Below, one piece after another: positions 26,570-36,201 of a DNA stretch of 50,745 bases. The DNA is from Patescibacteria group bacterium. GTDB taxonomy: Bacteria; Patescibacteriota; Microgenomatia; UBA1400; PJMF01. The notes under the pieces were generated by a model that saw only the letters and a program-made list of their open reading frames with translations, did not search any database and was not told the DNA's origin. Each line of letters opens with the position of its first letter. Position 1 is the first letter of the stretch. A program made the position numbers and the translations under genes. The stretch lies in assembly GCA_049322575.1 (NCBI GenBank), contig JBMORQ010000026.1:1-50745 (forward strand). The letters are read 5' to 3'.

Positions 26570-27298
26570 ATGGCAAAAAGTAGAAATGTCGACATGTCGG
26601 CAAAAGTTGATGAAATTAAAATTGTAGCTGCCCCCGAAGATAGCGCTGAAACACAGCCAACGGCCGAAGCTGAAGTCGCTGAAGGTAGTAAAGTCAACAA
26701 GAAAGCCAAACAAGGTCGTAGCGCCAGATATCAAGCAGTTCGCGCTCAAGTTGACAGAACCCGCAAATACGATTTAGCAACCGCTGTTGAGATGGTCAAA
26801 AAGCTCTCATACAGCAAGTTTAAAGGTTCTGTTGAGGCTGCCCTCGTCGTAAAAGAAGTTGGCTTTTCAACTAGCGTCAGCTTCCCCCACTCAACAGGTA
26901 AATCGATTAAAGTTGCCATCGTTGATGATCAAATCTTGCAAGATATTGAAGACGGCAAAATCGACTTTGATGTTTTGGTTTCCAAACCAGAGTACATGCC
27001 AAAATTGGCTAAATTTGCTAAAGTTCTAGGTCCAAAAGGCTTAATGCCAAACCCAAAGAACGGTACTTTGACCACTAATCCAGAGTTAAAGGCTAAAGAG
27101 TTGCAATCTGGCAAGATGACAATCAAAACTGAGAAAAAAGCTCCATTAATTAACCTATCAGTCGGTAAAATTTCCATGGACGACAAAGAATTAATTGAAA
27201 ACCTAGAGGCTTTACTCAAAGCGGTTAAAGGCAAACTTGTTCGTCTGTCTATTTCTGCAACCATGGGTCCTGGAATTAAAGTTGCTTTCGAGCAGTAA
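26570..27298 (+). CDS. rplA: 50S ribosomal protein L1
   Basis: LGPKGLMPNPKNGT, ATMGPGIK; GAGG SD before ATG 26570. Confidence 0.96.
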   Translation: MAKSRNVDMSAKVDEIKIVAAPEDSAETQPTAEAEVAEGSKVNKKAKQGRSARYQAVRAQVDRTRKYDLATAVEMVKKLSYSKFKGSVEAALVVKEVGFSTSVSFPHSTGKSIKVAIVDDQILQDIEDGKIDFDVLVSKPEYMPKLAKFAKVLGPKGLMPNPKNGTLTTNPELKAKELQSGKMTIKTEKKAPLINLSVGKISMDDKELIENLEALLKAVKGKLVRLSISATMGPGIKVAFEQ

Positions 27299-27322
27299 AC
27301 TTAAAAATTCATTTGTTTAGGG

Positions 27323-27352
27323 AAAAAAACCGGCCTGTTAAGGCCGGTTTTT
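27323..27352. terminator. Bidirectional intrinsic terminator (rplA / thrS)
   Basis: A7-CCGGCCT-GTTA-AGGCCGG-T5. Confidence 0.88.
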
Positions 27353-27388
27353 GATTTCATTTACAAACAATGTCAGAAAAGCAACCAA

Positions 27389-29224
27389 TTACTTTTTATT
27401 TTCAACATCTTCCTCAAGTCTTTTTGCGAAATCAGCAACGCTCATAACTTCTTGTTCTTCTTGGTCTCGATGACGGACGCTCACCTGTTTAAGCTCTACT
27501 TCCTTATCACCCAAAACCAACATGTATGGCACTTTTTCCAGTTGCGCCTGGCGAATCTTGGCTGAAAGACGCTCGCTTCTGTCATCAATTTCAACGCGCA
27601 AGCCCTTTGCCTCCAACATTTGACGAACTTCTTGAGCAAAAGCTTGATGACGATCGGCGATTGGTAGCAGTTTTACTTGTACCGGTGACAACCAAACCGG
27701 GAATTTTCCAGCATAATGCTCGATCAAAATCGAGATATAGCGCTCAATTGATCCCATGATGGCCGCGTGGATCATTACCACTCGCTCTTTTTCACCCTGC
27801 TCATTTATGCAGATTAAATCAAACCGCTCTGGCATCTGCATATCAAGCTGGTTAGTGGCAACCTGCCACTCGCGACCGAGTGAATCGTTAGCCATAAAAT
27901 CGAGCTTGGGACCATAAAAAGCTGCCTCTCCTGGAGCCTCCTCTACGGTTATGCCGCGCTCGCGAGCCAACTCTCGTAGTTGGTTTTCTGCCATATCCCA
28001 ATCTTCGCGACTTCCAAGATATTTTTCTGGATGAGCAGGATCACTCAAGGATAAACGAACTTTGAGTTTAAAGCCAACCGCGCCATAAAACTCTTCGATG
28101 ATGTCCCAAATCTTGAGCATCTCTTCTTTAACTTGCGATTTGCGACAAAAAACATGAGCATCGTCTTGCGTAATTGAGCGGACACGCGACAAACCGGCCA
28201 ATTCACCGGTTTGTTCGTCACGATACACCATGGTGGTATTGGCGTAACGCTGTGGCATTTCTTTATAGCTGGTGGGCTTACGAGCAAAGATTTGAGTATG
28301 ATGTGGGCAGTTCATTGGCTTCATCACAAATTCATGTCCCTCACGAGTTGTAATACGAAAAAGTTCGTCACCAAATTTTGCCCAATGACCACTTTTTTCG
28401 TAGAGATCTTTCTTGGTGATGTGCGGGATTTCCACCTTAACGTAACCACGTGCCTGACGAAGCTGCCAGACGAAATTATCCAAGATATTGCGCATAACCG
28501 TGCCGCGAGGTGTCCATAGCGGTAACCCAGGACCTACCAGTTCTGAGAAAGTGAACAGATCCAGCTCACGACCTAGCTTCTTATGATCGCGCTTTTTGGC
28601 TTCTTCAAGCTGATAGACATAGGCATCAAGTTCTGCCTTGCTGGCAAAAGCAGTTCCGTAGATGCGAGTTAACATCTTATTTTTCTCGTCACCATGCCAA
28701 TAGGCACCGGCCAAAGACAGCAGTTTAAAATGCTTGACCTCACCCGTGGAGACAACGTGGGGACCAGCACAGAGATCAACCATTGAGCCGGCTTTCTGTG
28801 GCTCACCTGTCCAATAAACGGATACTTCTTCTCCCTTGGCTTCGATCTCATCTAACCATTCCTGTTTGTACGGATTGCCGGCAAAAAGTTTTCGACCTTC
28901 TTCAACAGAGATCATTTGACGAGTCACAGGCAAATTCTTGGCGACTATCTCGGACATGCGTTTTTCGAGAGCGGCAAAGTCCGATTCAGAAATCGACACA
29001 GCCTCCTGACCATCTGGAGAGTTGTCGAAGTCGCAGTAAAAGCCTTCTTCGGTGGCTGGACCCATAGCTAAATGGACACCTGGGAAAAGCTCTTTAACTG
29101 CTTGCTGCAAGATATGCTCTGCGGTATGTCTGATTTTGTGCAGTTGGGATTTTTCTGCGTCAAGTCTATCCTGCTTTGAAGACGATGACATTGACAGTTC
29201 TGACAATGATTTTTTATTTGACAT
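27389..29224 (-). CDS. thrS: Threonine--tRNA ligase
   Basis: RHTAEH, DLCAGPH, RDHKKLG, KPMNCPHH, AAFYGPK, GSIER. Confidence 0.98.
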   Translation of the reverse strand: MSNKKSLSELSMSSSSKQDRLDAEKSQLHKIRHTAEHILQQAVKELFPGVHLAMGPATEEGFYCDFDNSPDGQEAVSISESDFAALEKRMSEIVAKNLPVTRQMISVEEGRKLFAGNPYKQEWLDEIEAKGEEVSVYWTGEPQKAGSMVDLCAGPHVVSTGEVKHFKLLSLAGAYWHGDEKNKMLTRIYGTAFASKAELDAYVYQLEEAKKRDHKKLGRELDLFTFSELVGPGLPLWTPRGTVMRNILDNFVWQLRQARGYVKVEIPHITKKDLYEKSGHWAKFGDELFRITTREGHEFVMKPMNCPHHTQIFARKPTSYKEMPQRYANTTMVYRDEQTGELAGLSRVRSITQDDAHVFCRKSQVKEEMLKIWDIIEEFYGAVGFKLKVRLSLSDPAHPEKYLGSREDWDMAENQLRELARERGITVEEAPGEAAFYGPKLDFMANDSLGREWQVATNQLDMQMPERFDLICINEQGEKERVVMIHAAIMGSIERYISILIEHYAGKFPVWLSPVQVKLLPIADRHQAFAQEVRQMLEAKGLRVEIDDRSERLSAKIRQAQLEKVPYMLVLGDKEVELKQVSVRHRDQEEQEVMSVADFAKRLEEDVENKK

Positions 29225-29294
29225 GTTTTTTACTCCTTAATATTTACTTTTTGATTTTATTACTTTTTAAGGTATTTTTGAGTTGTGTTTCTAC

Positions 29295-30581
29295 TCAGGG
29301 TCTTTTTTTGCTGGTAAATGAGGTATATTTGCTGGTCATCCCAGCAGTAGATATAGTAGTTCTGCCGGTTTTCTTTAAACCACCAACGGAGAAAACAGAG
29401 AAAATTGACAGTAATTTGCTAAATCTCAAGATTGGTTCAAAAACACTCACTAAGGCAATAGCCGCCGCAATAAGCGTTAAAGACATCGACCAATCAGCCA
29501 TACGTCCCAGAACGGGATTGAGAATTACCAAACTCAGACGCTGAAACATCGAAACTGAGGAAATGACCGTGGCACGCTGCTGCGACGGAATGTGTGGTTG
29601 CATTAGCGCCGAAAAATAGGTTTGACGTGTCAAGCCAAACCCACCAGCCAAAACCACAAATGCGGTAATTGTGAAAAAGTTGGTACTAATTGCCGGCAAA
29701 ATAAAACCAACTACTACCAAGGCGGCACTTAGCTGGGCGTAAGAAAGAGGTAGTTTAAGCCATATGAGTAGTCTTTCAAACGGCCTAAACATATTTAAAA
29801 TTGCGATTTCCACCAAAACCAAGCCCGCATGAAAAAAACCAAATTGCCAAATCGGCACACTGATTTTTTGTAGCAATAGTTGATAAAACCATATTACAAA
29901 ATAAGCCGCCGAATGCACTAAAATCGAGTCCAATGCCAATCGTCGCAGCGAACGATGCTTGGCAAAATAACGCACTCCCTCGACAGCAATTTTTAAATAG
30001 CGTTGCGACTCTTTTGGACCAGATGAAATCTTTGGCTCACGCAGTGTAAATGCCACCGCGGCAGCCAAAGCAAAAGGAATTGCCGAAAATTGCATAGGAG
30101 CCACCACCCCAAACCACTTGGCCACCTGACTACCAAGAAGTGAGCCAATCATGATACCGGTAAAATGAAATGAGCGCATCCTTGCCAAGATTTCTTTAGC
30201 CTGACTCTCTCTCCCCTGCTCTTTAAGCGTGTCATAGAGCCAAGCCTCATTTGCCCCGGAGATTAAGGAAATGCCCACTGCAAAAACCATTTCCGCTACT
30301 AAGAAAAAACCAATTTCAGGCTGTCTGGTGTAGATAAATGTTGCTAATACCCCAGCCAAACTTCCCAAGCCAATCGAAACCCTACGTCCAAAACGGTCAG
30401 CGATTGCCCCTGTTGGCACTTCTAAAAGAAAAATCCAAAGCATAAACCAAGACTGGATTAACTGCATTTGAAAAACCGAGATCCCTCCCCAATCTTTAAA
30501 AAATGGCACCAAAACAGCTCCGAACAAAACCATGTCGTGCAAAAACGAAAAAAGATAAAAACGGTTTATTTGATTTTTCAT
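29295..30581 (-). CDS. MFS transporter
   Basis: LEVPTGAIADRFGRR motif A, SGANEAWLYDTL, about 12 TM segments. Confidence 0.9.
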   Translation of the reverse strand: MKNQINRFYLFSFLHDMVLFGAVLVPFFKDWGGISVFQMQLIQSWFMLWIFLLEVPTGAIADRFGRRVSIGLGSLAGVLATFIYTRQPEIGFFLVAEMVFAVGISLISGANEAWLYDTLKEQGRESQAKEILARMRSFHFTGIMIGSLLGSQVAKWFGVVAPMQFSAIPFALAAAVAFTLREPKISSGPKESQRYLKIAVEGVRYFAKHRSLRRLALDSILVHSAAYFVIWFYQLLLQKISVPIWQFGFFHAGLVLVEIAILNMFRPFERLLIWLKLPLSYAQLSAALVVVGFILPAISTNFFTITAFVVLAGGFGLTRQTYFSALMQPHIPSQQRATVISSVSMFQRLSLVILNPVLGRMADWSMSLTLIAAAIALVSVFEPILRFSKLLSIFSVFSVGGLKKTGRTTISTAGMTSKYTSFTSKKRP

Positions 30582-30732
30582 TGTTTGTGATTGTTAGATT
30601 AGTGTCAGATTTCTTACAATTGCGTAAGATTGTCCTGATGAAGCATCTGTTTTGTTGATTAATTGGTCGGTTGATCGATCGGCGTTTAATGTAATTTGTA
30701 AGCCAACCGCTCATCCACAGCCAAAAAACTAC

Positions 30733-30786
30733 AAAAAAACCCCGCTTGTCGGGGTTGTTGTTTTTGTCCAGCAGCACAACCAACCC
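30733..30786 (-). terminator. Attenuator terminator / antiterminator
   Basis: Terminator AACCCCG-ACAAG-CGGGGTT followed by a T run; upstream GGGGTTGGTTG can pair with its 5' arm CAACAACCCC. Confidence 0.8.
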
Positions 30787-30834
30787 CTAAAAAGGAGTGA
30801 CGGTAGTGTTGGTAGTTGGACAAATCGATTTCAT
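30787..30834 (-). CDS. Thr-rich leader peptide MKSICPTTNTTVTPF
   Basis: 15 codons with 5 Thr (ACT ACC AAC ACT ACC GTC ACT) immediately before antiterminator/terminator, upstream of MFS-thrS. Confidence 0.78.
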   Translation of the reverse strand: MKSICPTTNTTVTPF

Positions 30835-30910
30835 CACCGGTTATTGTAACACAGCTGTAAAAGCTGTTGGTAGAAATTGTCTGAAAATTCCGCCGAACAA
30901 ATATACTTGT

Positions 30911-31324
30911 CTATGAATAGATGGCAAGGTAACCATATTTTGGGATAAGCACCAAATATCGGTTGGTTGCAGTTCTCACACCTTCATCTCCCTCATAAAT
31001 TTGACCAGCATATGATGCTATACCATCGGTATGAGTTTCTTCACATTTAAAGAAAATATTTGTAGAGATACCTTCTTTGGAAACTTGGACAAATTTAATC
31101 TTGAACAGTTTTTCTCTACTATTGTTTGATAATTGTGGAGTGCCTTCAAAAGTTTTACATGAATAACTAACATGCAAAGAGAAAAAATAATTCTGTGCAA
31201 TTTTTCTCAAAACAGCATCAGCAAATTTTGGCGCATTTTCTGCCCCACTCCTCAGTGGATCATGATATTGCTCATTAGTCCAAGAGGGATATCGAAATGA
31301 TAACTCTCCAGTTGTTCCGCTCAT
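30911..31324 (-). CDS. Hypothetical protein
   Basis: 137-aa ORF with consensus promoter upstream; motif similarity to the next ORF. Confidence 0.6.
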   Translation of the reverse strand: MSGTTGELSFRYPSWTNEQYHDPLRSGAENAPKFADAVLRKIAQNYFFSLHVSYSCKTFEGTPQLSNNSREKLFKIKFVQVSKEGISTNIFFKCEETHTDGIASYAGQIYEGDEGVRTATNRYLVLIPKYGYLAIYS

Positions 31325-31472
31325 ATTGATAAACAGTTCTCTCTAATCTGTTCTCTACAGGACTCATGACGAACTACCTGAACGTCAAGGACAGAAAACT
31401 GTTTATGACCAACAAGGGCAGGAGTTTTCCTTAGAAACCAGTCGTTGGGAAAAGCTTGTTTATCTGGAACGT

Positions 31473-31502
31473 ATTATACTATGTATGTAATGGATATGTC
31501 AA
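31473..31502 (-). promoter_or_regulatory. Consensus sigma70 promoter
   Basis: TTGACA-18 nt-TATAAT on minus strand. Confidence 0.7.
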
Positions 31503-31584
31503 AATGCTCTGTCTTCATACCAATTTTGAAAAATTCTCTCTCAGTCTTCAATTTGTGAGACCCAGGAGATATATCAAAAATAGC

Positions 31585-32082
31585 TTAATCATTTGGGCAA
31601 TAAATAGCACAATAATTGTCTTTTAGATTATTTGATTCTGCTGGAATATAAATGAGTATTTTAGGAGTTTGAATCGTTCTTCCAATCGATCTCGGCATAT
31701 TCATAGCCTTTTCTCCCTTCATCATTTTTTTAATCTTCTCAAAAAATCCAGTACTAGAAGTTTCGATTTTTGTTGGTTCCTCTTCTTTTACTACTCGGCC
31801 AGCGAAAAAAGTATCTCCCTTCTCGTTTTCACAGCGTGTAATCTCAAAAAGAATTATGTGTGTCCCATCTTTATCGGAAATACTCAATTGGGCGATGTTG
31901 TTGACCTCATCCAGCAGCACAATTTTCGGGACAGAACCAAAGAATTCTCGATGATATTGTGACGGATCTCTGACTAAACAAGCAAAATACTCATCTGCCG
32001 TTTGTGGGATACGCGTTATCTGATCCCTCTGGGGCAAACGATTAACTGAACCAGCTTCCCTATAAGTAACTGCATTTGTCAT
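31585..32082 (-). CDS. Hypothetical protein
   Basis: 165-aa ORF. Confidence 0.6.
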   Translation of the reverse strand: MTNAVTYREAGSVNRLPQRDQITRIPQTADEYFACLVRDPSQYHREFFGSVPKIVLLDEVNNIAQLSISDKDGTHIILFEITRCENEKGDTFFAGRVVKEEEPTKIETSSTGFFEKIKKMMKGEKAMNMPRSIGRTIQTPKILIYIPAESNNLKDNYCAIYCPND

Positions 32083-32125
32083 ATCGTTTAAAAAAAATGA
32101 CTATAAAAAAAACTCAAAAAAATTC

Positions 32126-32530
32126 TTATTTGCCAAAAAACACCTTGCTGAGTCTGCTTGAGATTTTACTAACAAGACTAGGTTCTTTTAATTGAAATCC
32201 ATACTTATTAATTAGTGCATCTCTGATTCCACAGGCATTGGTCACTCTCTTCAATTTTTCATATAAGATCTTCGAGTTTTCACCACCAGAATGAACTCTT
32301 GAATTGGCAATGCCTCGACTCCTATTTTCTATGATGTGACCTGTAAAGGCTTTTTCACAATCTTGAATAGCTGCGATCACAGCTTCCGGATAAATTTTCA
32401 TACCACTACTTGGAGATGTTAAATGAACATTATTTCTTTCCAATAATTTCAGTGCTTTGACCAATTGATCAACGTCAAATCGATCAGCCTGGACAATAAC
32501 TTCCAATCCGGACCGTTCTTGATCTGTCAT
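32126..32530 (-). CDS. Hypothetical protein
   Basis: 134-aa ORF, co-oriented with neighbours. Confidence 0.55.
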   Translation of the reverse strand: MTDQERSGLEVIVQADRFDVDQLVKALKLLERNNVHLTSPSSGMKIYPEAVIAAIQDCEKAFTGHIIENRSRGIANSRVHSGGENSKILYEKLKRVTNACGIRDALINKYGFQLKEPSLVSKISSRLSKVFFGK

Positions 32531-32655
32531 TAGCCTGGTTTGATAACGCTCTTACTCATTTCCAGCATTTATTATCGGATTACTTTCTATCATTTGATCC
32601 TTTTTGCGCTAATTTTTTTATTATTGCTTTTAATTGTACTGCATTTTTTATTCAA

Positions 32656-34752
32656 CTACCCCGCCCCGCCACCTCCACCGCCACCACCCCCACCCCCTCC
32701 ACCGGAAGCACCACCGCTGCCTCCCACCCCAGATGCGCCATAGCTTGAGCTAACTGCTGCCGAGAGGCTAGAGAGAGCTTCTGAGACAGAACCCAAACTC
32801 TCACCCAAACTGGACAACCCAGCTGCTCCTTCAAGGCCTCCGCTCAAATCACCAACTCTTGACCCAGAATAAAATCCCCAATAACCGAGAGCGGCTTCGT
32901 CTTCAGAGCTGAATTTCACCGGTAGTTGAGACAATGCCTTGATAGAAACTCCCAAAACCGTACCATAAACTAAGTATTTTTCCCATAAAATGATCGAGTC
33001 GATTGGGTAATTCTTGGTCTTGGCATATTTTTTAATGTGTTTCTGAAAAGCCAGCCACTTGGCAGCCTGCTCTCTTCCCACGTCTGATAATCTCTCACCA
33101 TGCCTAATGAAGATCGAAACCAAAATCAAATATAAAACGCATATGATCAAACCGCCCACAGCACTTAAAATTACCAGCAAAAATCGACTGTCACTTTCCT
33201 GCAAATTTGCCGCAACAATTATTAAAACGATCTCGGAAATCAGAAAAACTACCAATCTACCCACCGCCCCAAACTGGCTTTTCATTTCGTGAGTGGTCTT
33301 GTCAAACAAACCATCTCTTAGGTTTTTAGCCATAACAATCTTCCCCAAGCTTTTGAAAAAATCATAGCTAAACTTCTTGTTGGCTGAAGCAAAACTCACA
33401 ATGTCATCAAGGGGAATTGCCTCAACCTCCCGACCATCGGCTTGAACAGTTTTTAAGCCAACCATCATCAAGTAATTGGCAACTTTTTCCTGTATTTTTG
33501 ACTTTGCCCCAGACTTTGACGACATCTTTTCAAGCGGTTCCAAATAGTACCGATACTTTTTAAATACCAAGCCTAACTTTTGGTTACTGCGTACCAACTT
33601 AAAATGGCGATTTTGCACTAATGACAATACCGTTGCCACAAAAGACTTGGGAGTTCGATCCTCAACCTTGTTTAAAAGCTGCTCAACCTGAGCTGGATCA
33701 ATGTTGCTGGGCGGTTCCCACATCCCACCTGAAACAGCCAGCTTTGGCAGCGGTTTGTCCTTGCCATATTGCCAAAAAAGACGCGCTTGCATGATAAATT
33801 GATAAGTGGCAACCAACGCCAACAATCCTGCCAAGACCACACCAAATATAATTATCCAACGATTGCGATTTAAGGTTTCGATTGTCTGATTAATATAACC
33901 CTGCTCCTGTGAAATAATCGCACTTTTGCTAGATAAACCTTTGGCTCCAGACGCAAAAACTTCAGGTGCAAAAACTGCCCGGACTTCGAAGAAACGCCCT
34001 TTGGGCAATTTGTCCACTCTGGCTGTAATCAAATCAGTGTCGGGGATCGCTACCTCACCGTCGAGTGGACCATGGGCCCAAGCCTGAATTTCGTCTTCTT
34101 TAATTTTCAGTGCGACGTTTTCTGGTATTTTGATTGCTACATTAATTCTGTGCTGATCAATTTCCCACCCCGAACCAACAGCCTGCCAGTAAATCTCAGA
34201 GATATCCTGATGGTTTGTCACCAGATTTTTAACTCGATAATGAACCACAAAGCGCCTGGTTTCGTCGGTAGCTCGGTAAAACCACTTAATATAGTAGTCA
34301 TCACCTCGATCAACAACATAAAAATAACCGTCTGGACGATCTATGTCTGCCTCAGCAATTTCATTGAAATCAGAAATTTGTTTGTAACACCTGAGTTGGT
34401 ATTCTCTGCCACCCTCTGAGTTTACTCTTGAAATTGTTGGGTCAGGCTCGCAAACTTTAATCTGTTCAATATAATATGGTTCGGTTCTACCAGAATACTT
34501 GGTCTGATCAGATTTTTTATTAATGGTCTGGTAAGCAAAAGTGTAACTACCGGTAAATTTGTAGTTTCGTGACTCTTGAACCTCAGCCGAGCCGTCGAGA
34601 CTTGGCTTAATAATGACATTAACATCACCAATTGTATATTCCTTATCAGCTGCAAAAGCGGTTAAGGGTAAAAAGGCGACAGTGAGCAACCAAGCAATTT
34701 TTAAAAACACACTAACCAAGATCAATCGAGCAAAACGAGATCGGAAAATCAT
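32656..34752 (-). CDS. DUF2207 family membrane protein
   Basis: DGSAEVQE, EIYWQAVG, AWAHGPL, FFEVRAVF, WEKYLVYGTVLGV, Gly-rich C-terminus. Confidence 0.88.
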   Translation of the reverse strand: MIFRSRFARLILVSVFLKIAWLLTVAFLPLTAFAADKEYTIGDVNVIIKPSLDGSAEVQESRNYKFTGSYTFAYQTINKKSDQTKYSGRTEPYYIEQIKVCEPDPTISRVNSEGGREYQLRCYKQISDFNEIAEADIDRPDGYFYVVDRGDDYYIKWFYRATDETRRFVVHYRVKNLVTNHQDISEIYWQAVGSGWEIDQHRINVAIKIPENVALKIKEDEIQAWAHGPLDGEVAIPDTDLITARVDKLPKGRFFEVRAVFAPEVFASGAKGLSSKSAIISQEQGYINQTIETLNRNRWIIIFGVVLAGLLALVATYQFIMQARLFWQYGKDKPLPKLAVSGGMWEPPSNIDPAQVEQLLNKVEDRTPKSFVATVLSLVQNRHFKLVRSNQKLGLVFKKYRYYLEPLEKMSSKSGAKSKIQEKVANYLMMVGLKTVQADGREVEAIPLDDIVSFASANKKFSYDFFKSLGKIVMAKNLRDGLFDKTTHEMKSQFGAVGRLVVFLISEIVLIIVAANLQESDSRFLLVILSAVGGLIICVLYLILVSIFIRHGERLSDVGREQAAKWLAFQKHIKKYAKTKNYPIDSIILWEKYLVYGTVLGVSIKALSQLPVKFSSEDEAALGYWGFYSGSRVGDLSGGLEGAAGLSSLGESLGSVSEALSSLSAAVSSSYGASGVGGSGGASGGGGGGGGGGGGGAG

Positions 34753-34882
34753 ATGGTTAATGTTAGCATTTTTTAATAAGTTTTTGCCTGACTATTCCTG
34801 AGTTGTGTTGACGCATGATTCCAAAGCTATGTGTTGACAACACATAATCGACAGACCACAAACTCGTGGTATAATTCATCCA

Positions 34883-34958
34883 TTCCGTAGACAGTGTGGG
34901 TTATGTTGTTAGCCAGAAATACGCTTACAACCAGACTTAAAAATCGCACCGAGGAGAA
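34883..34958 (+). promoter_or_regulatory. L10 leader (ribosomal protein autoregulatory RNA)
   Basis: CCGTAGACAG...CCGAGG signature upstream of rplJ, just after extended -10 TGGTATAAT (34867-34875). Confidence 0.7.
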
Positions 34959-35078
34959 CTTCAAATAAAGCAAATCATTGCTCGCTCGAAATTCTTCTTC
35001 CCATTCTGTCTTCAAGAAAGTAATTAAACAGTCTTTGTCTGCGGTTTTTGCCTTAGACATTTGTACAACAGGAGAACC

Positions 35079-35597
35079 ATGCCAAGTCAACAAAATCAGG
35101 CACAAGTTAAAGTCTTACAAGACAAAGTAGCAGCTGCTAAATCAGCCGTGATCGTCGATTATTCAGGCACAACTGTTGCCGATCAGGTCGAACTGCGCAA
35201 CATGTTGCGCGAAGCTGGTGGCGAAATGTATGTCGCAAAAAATACACTTGTCAATGTCGCTTTTGGCAAGAAAGAATTAGCCGAATCGCTCGAAGGAATG
35301 AATGCCGTTATTTTTTCCAACGAAGATGCCGTTTCTGCCTTAAAAAAGCTCTTTGAATTTCACAAGGACAAAGAAAAACTAGTCATTAAACAGGGCGTGA
35401 TGGAAGATAAAGTTCTCTCGCCTGGTGAGGTTGAGGCATTAAGCAAACTCCCAAGCAAGAACGAATTAGTCGTGATGTTAATTCAACGCATCCAAGGCCC
35501 AGCTTATGGTTTGGTCAATGTGCTCAAGGCCAGCCAACGAGACTTGGTTTATGCACTCAAAGCTATTGTCGATAAAGGCGCCCAACCAGCTGCCTAA
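35079..35597 (+). CDS. rplJ: 50S ribosomal protein L10
   Basis: [28 protein letters not shown]; AGGAG SD. Confidence 0.96.
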   Translation: MPSQQNQAQVKVLQDKVAAAKSAVIVDYSGTTVADQVELRNMLREAGGEMYVAKNTLVNVAFGKKELAESLEGMNAVIFSNEDAVSALKKLFEFHKDKEKLVIKQGVMEDKVLSPGEVEALSKLPSKNELVVMLIQRIQGPAYGLVNVLKASQRDLVYALKAIVDKGAQPAA

Positions 35598-35669
35598 TTA
35601 ATTTGTATTAAAAAGTAGTAAATAACGCCCAACACTAAAACCAAACAAGGCGTAATATAAAGGAGAAAG

Positions 35670-36089
35670 ATGTCAGAAGACACACAAAAAGACAACAAAG
35701 AGTTGTCCAAAGCCGTACAAACTATCGTCGACGCCGTCAAGAAATTAAGCTTGATGGAAGTTTCCGAGTTGGTTAAAGCCCTCGAAGACGAATTTGGCGT
35801 TAGTGCTGCCGCTCCAGTCATGATGGGTGGCATGATGCCAGCCGCCGGTGCAGCCGCTGCTCCAGCTGAAGAGCAAACCGAGTTTGACGTCATCTTGAAA
35901 GATGCCGGTGCTAACAAAATCGGTGCTATTAAAGCTGTCCGCACCTTAAAACCAGAATTAGGTTTGGGTGAAGCCAAAACTTTCGTTGAGTCAGCTCCCA
36001 AGACTGTCTTGGAAGGTGCCAAGAAAGAAGACGCCGAAGCTGCCAAGAAAGCTTTGGAAGAAGCTGGTTGTGTTGTTGAGCTCAAATAA
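35670..36089 (+). CDS. rplL: 50S ribosomal protein L7/L12
   Basis: [28 protein letters not shown]. Confidence 0.98.
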   Translation: MSEDTQKDNKELSKAVQTIVDAVKKLSLMEVSELVKALEDEFGVSAAAPVMMGGMMPAAGAAAAPAEEQTEFDVILKDAGANKIGAIKAVRTLKPELGLGEAKTFVESAPKTVLEGAKKEDAEAAKKALEEAGCVVELK

Positions 36090-36116
36090 TTGTTTCAATA
36101 ACTTAACTTTGTTAAC

Positions 36117-36143
36117 AAAACCCCGCCACAAGGCGGGGTTTTT
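36117..36143. terminator. Intrinsic terminator after rplL (likely bidirectional)
   Basis: AAAA-CCCCGCC-ACAA-GGCGGGG-TTTTT. Confidence 0.88.
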
Positions 36144-36201
36144 GGTTCTCTGGCAAAGTTATCTGGTAGATTCTGATCGGCCAGGTTACACCGTTAGTTG
36201 C

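Noticed and set aside
29225-30850. T-box riboswitch upstream of thrS
   Set aside because: No TGGNACCGCG T-box sequence seen; the leader-peptide attenuator explains the structure
32540-32743. Polyproline protein on the plus strand
   Set aside because: Antisense shadow of the Gly-rich DUF2207 C-terminus
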